Shown in pieces: positions 1 through 8,409 of a stretch of DNA of 29,504 nucleotides. Every line of letters begins with the position of its first letter. Positions within the stretch are counted from its first letter, which is position 1. The stretch covers positions 1-29,504 of the forward strand of contig NZ_QLIR01000022.1 in NCBI RefSeq assembly GCF_003428155.1. The letters are read 5' to 3'. The notes under the pieces were generated by a model. That model was not told the DNA's origin and did no database searches. It saw only the letters and a program-made list of their open reading frames with translations. Position numbers and translations under genes: made by a program. This DNA comes from Fastidiosibacter lacustris (lineage in GTDB: Bacteria; Pseudomonadota; Gammaproteobacteria; Francisellales; Francisellaceae).

Positions 1-25
1 GATGAATTTATTATTAGTATCCAAC

Positions 26-86
26 ATGAGGTTGCTCCTGTTTTTGATTTATTTTGTTTCACGTTTATCAAAACAGGCAACCTCAT
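26..86. repeat. Imperfect long inverted repeat (about 20-23 nt arms, 18 nt spacer)
   Basis: atgaggttgctcctgtttttgat (26-48) versus atcaaaacaggcaacctcat (67-86); the reverse complement of the right arm matches the left apart from small insertions. Confidence 0.7.
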
Positions 87-139
87 CTAAGTCAAGATGA
101 ATGTCAGATTATATCTAGACTAATACACTTTAAAAATGG

Positions 140-1924
140 TTAACGAATTGTTTCAAATGCAATTTTCCATTGATCATTATTTTCCAATGATTTTGCTGTT
201 AATTCCAATGTTCCTATTTCGGTATGCATTGCACTGATATGAACTGGAACCGACGTACCATTTGTGTAATTATCTGCTGATAGGGTTAATCTAAGTGGCG
301 ATAGTTCAATTAACCCAGCTTGCTCCCAATTAGTAAATACATCGCCCAATTGATCATTTACACGGTGGTTGGCAGCAAAGAACCTAAACTCAACGGGCTC
401 CCCCACGATGAGGGAAAAAGTTTCTGCTTCGTAAGTCGTAACCTCACCTGCTTCCATACCTTGAGTAGCAATACAAAGTGCTTCAGTTTGTGGTTGAAAG
501 CCAGGAATCGCAGGCATGGGTGATTCAATTCCAATATAAAATGAATGCGATGCGCCACCTTTAATACGAATACCATTTCCTTGTAAAGCATCAGCAAAAA
601 CTGTTGCACCAATGGCTACTGACGTGTCATATTCCGCATTTTCCAATTCAACGGCAAAAACTTTACCTTCTATCTCCAACCATTTATTAATTGTTTGCAT
701 AATTTGAGTGCGCAAAATTTTTGGTTTAAAAACACCACCATTGAATAACACGACGCTTGGTGCTACAAAGCTCTGCTCTTTTTCGGCTTGTTTACTCAAA
801 AACAAAGCCAAATGTTTAGTAATTGCTGGCTCTTGCGCATAGGTTAAAGAAAACCGACTCAAACCTGATCGTGGATTTGCTTTGGGGTGATCTGTAATCG
901 ATACTTGTGGGAAAAACCCTTGTAAAATAATGCGTTCGACATCTTTTTTAGCCAACGTCTCTGAAACAGCGTTAGCAAAGATATTTGAGGATCTGCCTGG
1001 AATAGAAACCGATATTTCATTCAAACTCTTATCACTTAACAGCTTTTCTTTTGCATTACGACAACTATGTACCAAAGCCTGCATTTGCCAAGGTTCTAAG
1101 CGCTGACCGCTGTCCAATAAACGCTGTTGCAGCGTATGTGCTAGCATTAAATCAATATTGTCACCACCTATTAAAATATGATCACCTACAGCAATTCTTC
1201 TTAGTGCTAAATTCCCGTTATCATCTTCTACTTTAATGAGTGAAAAATCTGTTGTCCCACCACCGACATCAATGACTAAAATAGTATCATCAATCGATAG
1301 TTTATCTCGCCAATTTTCATTATTATTAATCCAACCATACAAAGAAGCTTGTGGCTCTTCCAGTAAAATGACATCTTCAAAATCACATAACCTTGCAGCT
1401 TCTGCTGTTAAATCCCGAGCGGCTGGTTCAAAGGATGCAGGAATAGTGATGATTATTTTTTGCTGAAATAAAGGCGCATCAGGAAAAGCACTATTCCACG
1501 TTTTCTTTATGTGTTCAAAATAATAAGTATAGGCCTCAAGTGGGGAGATGCGTTCAACACCCTCCGCAGCTTGATAAGGTAAAAGCGCTTTTCTCTTATC
1601 AATACTGGATTGACATAACCAACTTTTGACACTAGAGATTACTCTATTAGGAGTTGTTTGTGCTTTTAGTTTGGCATGCTCACCCACAATCACTGTTGTT
1701 TCACTTTGCCATGGCAAATTTATATCCGACAGAGTGAGTTCAAGTTCACTTGGAATATACAAAAACGAAGGCATGAGTATCTTTGATTCATATTGATTTT
1801 TAGCAAAAAATTGAGGTATAGCTAAACTACAAATACTATCCTCGCTCTTTAACCTTTTATAGGTAATAGCAGAATTTGTCGTTCCTAAATCTATCCCAAT
1901 TAAATATTTTGCATGATGAGACAC
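140..1924 (-). CDS. Hsp70 family protein (DnaK-like ATPase, non-canonical)
   Basis: N-terminal IGIDLGTTNSAI phosphate-1 motif, VLLEEPQASLYGW, DTILVIDVGGGTTDFSL; no long canonical DnaK C-terminal lid. Confidence 0.9.
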   Translation of the reverse strand: MSHHAKYLIGIDLGTTNSAITYKRLKSEDSICSLAIPQFFAKNQYESKILMPSFLYIPSELELTLSDINLPWQSETTVIVGEHAKLKAQTTPNRVISSVKSWLCQSSIDKRKALLPYQAAEGVERISPLEAYTYYFEHIKKTWNSAFPDAPLFQQKIIITIPASFEPAARDLTAEAARLCDFEDVILLEEPQASLYGWINNNENWRDKLSIDDTILVIDVGGGTTDFSLIKVEDDNGNLALRRIAVGDHILIGGDNIDLMLAHTLQQRLLDSGQRLEPWQMQALVHSCRNAKEKLLSDKSLNEISVSIPGRSSNIFANAVSETLAKKDVERIILQGFFPQVSITDHPKANPRSGLSRFSLTYAQEPAITKHLALFLSKQAEKEQSFVAPSVVLFNGGVFKPKILRTQIMQTINKWLEIEGKVFAVELENAEYDTSVAIGATVFADALQGNGIRIKGGASHSFYIGIESPMPAIPGFQPQTEALCIATQGMEAGEVTTYEAETFSLIVGEPVEFRFFAANHRVNDQLGDVFTNWEQAGLIELSPLRLTLSADNYTNGTSVPVHISAMHTEIGTLELTAKSLENNDQWKIAFETIR

Positions 1925-2422
1925 TTATATCACCTCCACTTCAGCTGGTTGTAATATATTCAGATTCGCTTCACTCGTTACATTGGGCAAGTAAATTTCC
2001 TTTATTTTCCACCCTTGATGAATCAAACGACCGTGTAAAACATTTGTTTCACTTACGTTACCTGTTAAATCTATGCTTTGACGATCAAAACCTGAGTGTA
2101 ATGTAATTTCGCTATTTTCTTTTTCTAGGCACACAGGTTCTATTGAACAATAACCATACAATGCTTTTTGGCATTTATTGTGTATTTCTCTTGCTACAGC
2201 CGCAACCTGAGTATCATCATAATGATCTAAGTTTTGATGTAGAAAATCGATAAGCCTTCCTTTTTTTTGTAATATAGCTAGTAGTTGCTTTGCTGAGTTT
2301 GTATCCATTTCCCCTTGTTGAATATTGGTGGTTGATGAATATGTCTCTGTGTTATTCTCAGTTACAAGTGTGCCTGTAAAAAAGCACTTCAAACGTTGCT
2401 TCCATGAGAGTTTAATCAACAT
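1925..2422 (-). CDS. DUF2760 domain-containing protein
   Basis: 165 aa with LLAILQKKGRLIDFL, CQKALYGYCSIEPV, LTGNVSE...GRLIHQGWKIKEIYLP pattern typical of DUF2760; directly upstream of the Hsp70 gene, as is common for this family. Confidence 0.8.
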   Translation of the reverse strand: MLIKLSWKQRLKCFFTGTLVTENNTETYSSTTNIQQGEMDTNSAKQLLAILQKKGRLIDFLHQNLDHYDDTQVAAVAREIHNKCQKALYGYCSIEPVCLEKENSEITLHSGFDRQSIDLTGNVSETNVLHGRLIHQGWKIKEIYLPNVTSEANLNILQPAEVEVI

Positions 2423-2606
2423 GCTTTGATTCCTAAATACATCTCTTTAATCATGCGTATAGTTAGTTTAACTCAAGCCTATATCAGCTACAAACCATTT
2501 TACGAGGTTTATAATCCACGATTACATCAAAAGTATTTCATGTTTTGACTAGTAATCTTATTTAACCAATAATTACAACTAAAAATTATGGTTAACTAAC
2601 GATACA

Positions 2607-3386
2607 ATGCTTATTTTAAAAAAGGTTAATTATTTATGGCGGCTTTTTGCAACAGGGCTATGTTTTTTATTGTTTTCTATTGGTAGCTTAATACTTGGTT
2701 ATCTGATCATTCCAAGTGTAATTGCCATTTCTACAATCACAAAATCCAAAAAGTCAAAAAAGCATATTGTACAATATTGTATATATCTGACTTTTAGATA
2801 CTTTACCCAAACCTTGTCATGTTTAGGTTTAGTTGATTATCAATTTAATGGCTTTGAAAAATTGCAACAAGATCAAGGTACTTTATTTCTTGCAAACCAC
2901 CCAACCTTGATTGATTATGTTTTGATTGTTTCTAAACTTCCTTGTTGTGACAACATCGTAAAAGCATCACTATGGCAAAACCGCTTTGTTCGCAAAGTCA
3001 TATCAGATGCAAGCTATATTCCTAATATTAATCCAGAACAGACTTTTGATGGTATAAAAAATACATTGTCAAAAGGTAATAACTTATTGCTATTTCCAGA
3101 AGGAACACGTAGCTCACCAAATAAACCTATTACGTTAAAGCGAGGGGCTGCACAAATTGCATTAAGAGCAAATGCACCAATTCGAGTGATTTATATCACT
3201 TGTATTCCAAGCACACTGGCAAAAAACGATAAATGGTATAAAATACCCGCCAAAAAACCAGTCTTCACATTAACTGTTGGTGATCTTATAGATCCCTACT
3301 TGATTTTGCAACAATGTAATGGTTTACCTTCTGTTGCAGCAAGAAGACTGACAAAAATACTTGAAGAACAACTACAAGGCAAATAA
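2607..3386 (+). CDS. Lysophospholipid acyltransferase family protein (PlsC-like; APE-cluster type)
   Basis: HX4D motif in FLANHPTLIDYVL, FPEGTRSS motif, N-terminal TM region. Confidence 0.85.
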   Translation: MLILKKVNYLWRLFATGLCFLLFSIGSLILGYLIIPSVIAISTITKSKKSKKHIVQYCIYLTFRYFTQTLSCLGLVDYQFNGFEKLQQDQGTLFLANHPTLIDYVLIVSKLPCCDNIVKASLWQNRFVRKVISDASYIPNINPEQTFDGIKNTLSKGNNLLLFPEGTRSSPNKPITLKRGAAQIALRANAPIRVIYITCIPSTLAKNDKWYKIPAKKPVFTLTVGDLIDPYLILQQCNGLPSVAARRLTKILEEQLQGK

Positions 3387-3391
3387 TAGCA

Positions 3392-3712
3392 ATGAGCAAT
3401 AAACAACTTGAACTTGAGCTTAAAAATCTCATCATTGAGGTGCTGAATCTCGAGGACTTAACCGCTGATGATATCAATAGTGATACATTATTATTTGGAG
3501 ATGAGCTTGGTTTGGACTCCATTGACGCACTTGAACTTGGTGTGACCCTCAAAAAGAAATACAATATTGAGATAGATAGAGAAAATGAGGATATAAAGCA
3601 ATATTTTGAATCTGTTGCAAAACTTGCACAATTCATTAAGCAACAAAAAAAGACAAAAAATGATCACATCAAAAGAAAAAATTCATCAAGAATTAAAAAG
3701 CATATTTGCTGA
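3392..3712 (+). CDS. Acyl carrier protein (first of tandem pair)
   Basis: Phosphopantetheine attachment motif DELGLDSIDALELGV; ACP size. Confidence 0.88.
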   Translation: MSNKQLELELKNLIIEVLNLEDLTADDINSDTLLFGDELGLDSIDALELGVTLKKKYNIEIDRENEDIKQYFESVAKLAQFIKQQKKTKNDHIKRKNSSRIKKHIC

Positions 3713-3914
3713 ACTTTTTGAACTTGATCCCCAGAATGTCACATTGCAGGCAAAATTATATGAAGACCTTGACTTAGATAGCATTGACGCAGTTGATTTA
3801 ATTGTCTATCTTCAAGGCAAAACAGACAAACAATTTAAGCCTGAAGAATTTAAGTCAGTAAAAACGGTCTCTGATATTGTCGACATCATTCATCAAGAAC
3901 TCAGTAATAAATAA
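3660..3914 (+). CDS. Acyl carrier protein (second of tandem pair)
   Basis: YEDLDLDSIDAVDLIVYLQ motif. The ORF track starts at 3606, but ATG 3660 (MITSKEKIHQ) gives the usual ACP length; it overlaps the end of the first ACP. Confidence 0.85.
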   Translation: MITSKEKIHQELKSIFAELFELDPQNVTLQAKLYEDLDLDSIDAVDLIVYLQGKTDKQFKPEEFKSVKTVSDIVDIIHQELSNK

Positions 3915-4507
3915 TGTCATTTCGCACTGTTGCTACAATAATCATCGGAATATTAATAGTTTTATACCCATTTATTGTATTTATTGGTTTTCATACTCTG
4001 CCTATCAAATGGTTATATCTATTATTAATTTGCTTATTTGCAATACGTGCGGTTTTTTCATCCAAACAAAAAAATCAAAGACATATAAGCAAAAAAATTT
4101 TTGTATTTGCTTCTTTAGGAGGGTTGGCATTTAGCCTATCAGGGCTTATGTTTGAGAACATTTTTTTTGTTAAGTTTTATCCAGTTATTATAAGTTTGCT
4201 TTTTTTTATTGTTTTCGCAACTTCATTGACTCAAAAGGAAAATGTTATCTATCAATTTGCTAAGAAAACTTCATCTAAAGAACTACCACATTTTGTGGTT
4301 TCTTACACCAAAAAGGTCACAATTTCATGGTGTTTGTTTTTTTTATCTAATGGCTTAATTTCACTTTATACTACTATGTTCAGCTCAATGAAGGTTTGGA
4401 TGTTATACAATGGTTTTATTGCTTATTTTGCGATTGCAACCATGATCACAGCTGAGCTTATTATTCGATTTTTTGTAAAGAGAAAATATAAAAATGATAG
4501 TCTTTGA
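3914..4507 (+). CDS. COG4648-like integral membrane protein (APE-cluster type)
   Basis: Multi-TM; FVKFYPVIISL, VSYTKKVTISWCLFFLSNGLISLYTTMF, WMLYNGFIAYF pattern; starts at the end of the second ACP and overlaps the next gene. Confidence 0.7.
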   Translation: MSFRTVATIIIGILIVLYPFIVFIGFHTLPIKWLYLLLICLFAIRAVFSSKQKNQRHISKKIFVFASLGGLAFSLSGLMFENIFFVKFYPVIISLLFFIVFATSLTQKENVIYQFAKKTSSKELPHFVVSYTKKVTISWCLFFLSNGLISLYTTMFSSMKVWMLYNGFIAYFAIATMITAELIIRFFVKRKYKNDSL

Positions 4508-5852
4508 TTTTCTATCATTTTCAACAAATACAGCAGATAAAGTTATTTTTTGCCATGACAAAAAAGATATTTTTCTATCTCAAATTCAAGATCAGATTTT
4601 TTTACTTGCGTCTAAACTAGTTAACTATTCTCAAAAGAATATTGCACTTTATTGCGATGATATTTACCATTTTTGTATTGCCTTTTTTGCTTGCCTTATT
4701 ACTGATAGAACAACTATTCTGTTACCAAATAATACTATTGGTGTAAAAAAAGAGTTAAAAGATCATTATGACGCTTTCTTAACTTTTGATGTATCTAAAA
4801 ACAGTTTCACATTAGATGGTCAAACTATAATTTTAACTGAAAAAAATAATGTCACTCAATCCAAAATTAGAATGACAACCATATCAATTGATGATTTGCA
4901 ACAAAAAGAAATTATTTTTTTTAGCTCTGGTTCAACTGGAACACCTAAAAAAATCACCAAACAATTTAGCTATGTTTTAAACGAAGTTATTGTTTTAGAG
5001 AATATATTTGGACAATATACAGCTAAGCTTTCAACTTTTTCTAGTGTTAGCCATCAGCATCTATATGGCTTTATTTTTTCCTTTTTATGGCCGCTATTAA
5101 CTTGTAAAAAAATCTATACCAAACTGATTCGCTATCCAGAAGAATTACAATTTAATTTGAAGTACAAAGAAAAATTTACCTTTATAACAAGCCCAACCTT
5201 ATTATCTCGTTTAGATTTCAGTGAAAAATTAAATAATATTATATGCTTTATCGCAGGTAGTTTGCTTAAAACCGACATAGCGCAGAAGGTCAAGCAAAAT
5301 CTACAATTAGAGCCATTTGAAATTTTAGGTAGTAGTGAAACAGGGATTATTGCTTGGCGTCAGCAGCTAAAAAATGAGCGTTGGCATTGTTTTGATAGTG
5401 TTCTCCTTCATCACAATTTTGAAAACTTATTAGCCGTTAGTTCTAATTTTTTTCCTGAAAAAATTTTAAGTACAGGTGATAAAATCCAATACCTTAATGA
5501 TAAAGAATTTATTTTACTAGGACGTTCGGATCGTATCGTTAAAATTGAAGGCAAACGCTTATCGCTTACTGAGCTTGAAAATAAGCTTAAATTACACCAC
5601 TGGATTGAAGACTGTTATGCTTTGAACTTACATAAAAATCGTGATTATATTGGTATTTTTATTGTGCTATCTCTTGTAGGTAAAAGTCAAAAACTCAACC
5701 AATCAGCACATATCTTTCACAGTCAATTACGTGCACATTTAAAACAGTGGTTTGAAAATATTTTGCTACCCAGGGCTTTTCGTTACGGCAATGAAATCCC
5801 ATTAAACCAGCAAGGGAAAGTTGATAAAGATGCTATTGCAAAATTGTTTTAA
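4494..5852 (+). CDS. AMP-binding acyl-CoA/acyl-ACP synthetase-like ligase
   Basis: P-loop-like FFSSGSTGTPKKITKQ, LGSSETGIIAWRQ, LLGRSDRIVKIEGKRLSLTELE, C-terminal LNQQGKVDKDAIAKLF. Confidence 0.85.
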   Translation: MIVFDFLSFSTNTADKVIFCHDKKDIFLSQIQDQIFLLASKLVNYSQKNIALYCDDIYHFCIAFFACLITDRTTILLPNNTIGVKKELKDHYDAFLTFDVSKNSFTLDGQTIILTEKNNVTQSKIRMTTISIDDLQQKEIIFFSSGSTGTPKKITKQFSYVLNEVIVLENIFGQYTAKLSTFSSVSHQHLYGFIFSFLWPLLTCKKIYTKLIRYPEELQFNLKYKEKFTFITSPTLLSRLDFSEKLNNIICFIAGSLLKTDIAQKVKQNLQLEPFEILGSSETGIIAWRQQLKNERWHCFDSVLLHHNFENLLAVSSNFFPEKILSTGDKIQYLNDKEFILLGRSDRIVKIEGKRLSLTELENKLKLHHWIEDCYALNLHKNRDYIGIFIVLSLVGKSQKLNQSAHIFHSQLRAHLKQWFENILLPRAFRYGNEIPLNQQGKVDKDAIAKLF

Positions 5853-5900
5853 CTTCTTTTTGAAAAAAATATTCTCCAATTTTGATCAAAACGTTAACAT

Positions 5901-6314
5901 ATGCAAAAAATTAACCAATCACTTAGTATGGATAAAAATAAATTTGAATACCATCATATGGGCATTCCAACAACTAAAAGAAGAGCTGACGAACGCTACA
6001 GCTCAACCTTCAAAATGTATACCACAAAAGGACATAATTCTTTTAGAATACAATACCATCGCTTTGAAGTTGGTTGCCCACTTCATCCACTCATTCAATC
6101 TAAACCACATGTTGCTTTTAAAGTTTATAATCTAGATAAAGCAATTAAAGGTCATAAAGTCATTCTTGAACCTTATAGTCCATTTAATGGATTTAAGGTC
6201 GCCATGATTGAAGTGGAAGGAGCTCCTGTTGAATTAATTGAAACAAGTTTAACCGAAGAGCAAATCTGGAATGACGATCATAAAGGATCCCATGTCTATC
6301 CTGAGAAAGAATAA
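5901..6314 (+). CDS. VOC (glyoxalase/bleomycin-resistance-like) family protein
   Basis: YHHMGIPTTKRR ... PHVAFKVYNLDKAIKGHKVILEPYSPFNGFKVAMIEVEGAPVELIE, a typical VOC fold pattern; the likely start may be internal. Confidence 0.65.
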   Translation: MQKINQSLSMDKNKFEYHHMGIPTTKRRADERYSSTFKMYTTKGHNSFRIQYHRFEVGCPLHPLIQSKPHVAFKVYNLDKAIKGHKVILEPYSPFNGFKVAMIEVEGAPVELIETSLTEEQIWNDDHKGSHVYPEKE

Positions 6315-6560
6315 AATCTTTTTAAAACAAAGCTTTTAGCCGATCTACTAAAAAGTTTAATTTTTTGCCAAAAGACTAGGTTCTGTAAACCAAATTTTTT
6401 TACCACAGCCATATTAAACTTCCCTAAATGTGCAAAAACCCACTGAAACTGATCATTCTTTTATCAAATCTAGAAAAAACTCTGCAACAGTGTTTCAGCT
6501 TAGAAAAAAGCACTCAATCACGCCCCTTGTGGAAGAACCCCCAAAAAGATGGATCGTTAT

Positions 6561-7064
6561 TTAATCATCCATATTAAACCTTGCTGCACTAGGAATCCAG
6601 CGATATAAAATAGGAATGGAAATACCTAAATCTTTTGGTAATAGACCACTTTCAAGTAGCTTTTTGGCAGATTCTAATTTGCTGTCAGTCATTTTCCTTT
6701 TACGCCCATCGACTCGACCATTTTTCTTAGCGGCCTACAGCCCTGCTTTCGTTCGCTCAATGATGAGCTCTCATTCCATTTCTGCAAGAGATCCCATAAC
6801 ATGAAAGAAAAATTGACCTGATGGCGTCGATGTGTCTATTTGATCTGTGATACTTTTAAAGTTGACTCCCGCTTTATCTAAAGTTGAGACGACATCAATT
6901 AAATGCTTAAGGGATCGGCCTAATCGATCAAGTTTCCAAACAACAAGAGTATCCCCTTTTCTTAATACCTCAAGCGCCAAGTTTAAACCTTCTCTGTTTA
7001 CTTTACTGCCTGTTGATTTGTCATCATAAATTTTCTCACATCCAACATTAAGTAACTCTTTATG
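6561..7064 (-). pseudogene. Degraded Tn3-type serine recombinase/resolvase
   Basis: Reverse-strand reading KELLNVGCEKIYDDKSTGSKVNREGLNLALEVLRKGDTLVVWKLDRLGRSLKHLIDVV...SGQFFFHVMGSLAEME*ELIIERTKAGL*AAKKNGRVDGRKRKMTDSKLESAKKLLESGLLPKDLGISIPILYRWIPSAARFN. Two in-frame stops; the N-terminal catalytic-Ser segment is absent. Confidence 0.9.
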
Positions 7065-7121
7065 TTAGAAAGATAAATTTTGATCTTACGTACTTACACG
7101 CGCATAACCGACCAGCATACC

Positions 7122-7376
7122 TTACTCTAAAACCCATTGACCATTTTTTTTAATTTCTGTGTGCATAGCATCAGGTGCAATATCAAGTTCTCCAGGCCAG
7201 GTAACAGCGCCATGGCTAATGAAAGCTTTGTTAAAATAGTCTTCATCTTTTAGTACTTCAAAGACACCTGTGAGGTGAGACGGTTTAAATTTCACCACGC
7301 CTTCTAAGCCGTCTTCAAATTTTACTTTAAGCATCAGGTGCTGTTGTGGTACAACTGAGGTGACATTCCAATACAT
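7122..7376 (-). CDS. DUF2442 domain-containing protein
   Basis: MYWNVTSVVPQQHLMLKVKFEDGLEGVVKFKPSHLTGVFEVLKDEDYFNKAFISHGAVTWPGELDIAPDAMH. The ORF track starts at 7445; internal Met at 7376 is more likely, just after DUF4160. Confidence 0.8.
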   Translation of the reverse strand: MYWNVTSVVPQQHLMLKVKFEDGLEGVVKFKPSHLTGVFEVLKDEDYFNKAFISHGAVTWPGELDIAPDAMHTEIKKNGQWVLE

Positions 7377-7386
7377 GTGTATACTC

Positions 7387-7668
7387 CTACCGTAGTGGCT
7401 CAATTTTATAGGGCATTTTTTTCTGGGTGCATAGTTCCCAATCAAGCAGTAATTCTTTTTGATGCAACTCAGACCAGTCTAATATAAGGTTGAGCGCTCG
7501 CCGTGGTAAATTACCTTCTAATATTTTTAGTTCTTTAATATCGATAACACCTTGGTATTCTCCATAAATGGCATGAAAATGTGGTGGTGCATGATCATTC
7601 CAAAACATTTGGATAATAATCCCATAAAATGAGCTGATTGTTGGCATAAGCACTCCAAATATTCTCAT
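7387..7668 (-). CDS. DUF4160 domain-containing protein
   Basis: MPTISSFYGIIIQMFWNDHAPPHFHAIYGEYQGVIDIKELKILEGNLPRRALNLILDW matches the DUF4160 pattern; adjacent to DUF2442. Confidence 0.85.
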   Translation of the reverse strand: MRIFGVLMPTISSFYGIIIQMFWNDHAPPHFHAIYGEYQGVIDIKELKILEGNLPRRALNLILDWSELHQKELLLDWELCTQKKMPYKIEPLR

Positions 7669-7869
7669 AACGCATAAAAAGTATATAATGCCGCCTTATT
7701 AGATTCAAGAATGGTTTTTGAGAACATCGGACGCTTGAGAAATCATTGTCACAGCTATTCTCAATAAAACTGCTCACAAACGACCATTTTTAAGAAGGAA
7801 CCCATGTTGAATAAAAAACGTATTTCATTGCTGACAGATTCAGAAATTGATGGGCTTTTTCAAGGAGTA

Positions 7870-8318
7870 ATTGCGTTAAGAGATCTTAACACTAGTCCTA
7901 TACTCCGTCCCCATTCAATACGGTTAATGTAAAGCTCGATAACGATATTGTAAATTAACTCTGCTTTTTGAAAAGCAGATACTTTTCCTGGCAAGTCGCT
8001 TTATTCTGATCCTAAATGTCAAAAACTTACGCCCAATCTTCTGTGTATTACGTTTCCCTATGTCATGATATTCATCGGGAATATATTTGGAATAGCTATG
8101 CCAGTCATCACTGTAGAATAGTTCAACCGTGAAACGTTTTGAGAAGTAATTACAAAGCTTTCATGCATATGTCTACCAAAATAATAGGCAACAATTTGAC
8201 TTGTCTTGTAGCAGCTATACTTTTGAACTCCTGCTGGATTCGATTTTAGCTTATGCTTGCCTGCCTTAGTCGTTTTATTAGAATTGCATGATCTGCAACA
8301 AACGTCAATTTTTGCCAT
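7870..8318 (-). pseudogene. IS1-family transposase remnant (insA/insB, deleted and frameshifted)
   Basis: MAKIDVCCRSCNSNKTTKAGKHKLKSNPAGVQKYSC (InsA zinc-finger-like) joined to QIVAYYFGRHMHESF. Other frames then read YSDDWHSYSKYIPDEYHDIGKRNTQKIGRKFLTFRIRIKRLARKSICFSKS and ELIYNIVIELYINRIEWGRS (InsB C-terminus). Confidence 0.8.
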
Positions 8319-8409
8319 TTTTGATTTAAGAGTATGAAAGCAAATGTGCTAGATAACAACACTACCCATTTTACAACCCTGCCAAAACCTTTATTTCTAC
8401 GCAAATAAG

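Noticed and set aside
320-1466. Plus-strand ORFs at 320-523, 1051-1236 and minus ORFs 358-612, 1236-1466 in the track
   Set aside because: All lie inside the strongly supported Hsp70 gene in other frames; shadow ORFs.
3286-3636. 116-aa minus-strand ORF
   Set aside because: Antisense to the acyltransferase end and first ACP; low-complexity Ser/Leu-rich translation typical of an antisense shadow.
3877-4134. 85-aa minus-strand ORF
   Set aside because: Antisense to the COG4648-like membrane protein gene.
5821-6135. 104-aa plus-strand ORF
   Set aside because: Overlaps the VOC gene (5901-6314) out of frame; the VOC frame has clear family similarity and this one has none.
6370-6500. IS6/IS26-like end sequences (ggttctgtaaacc; tctgcaacagtgt)
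   Set aside because: Only short partial resemblance, no paired terminal repeats and no transposase between them.
6616-6804. 62-aa plus-strand ORF (MEIPKSFGNRPLS...)
   Set aside because: Exactly antisense to the C-terminal part of the resolvase pseudogene; no independent support.
7804-7932. Short ORF MLNKKRISLLTDSEIDGLFQGVIALRDLNTSPILRPHSIRLM, considered as a Tn3 transposase start
   Set aside because: Its 3' half is antisense to the InsB C-terminus (ELIYNIVIELYINRIEWGRS), so only the first few residues could be independent; not enough to call tnpA.
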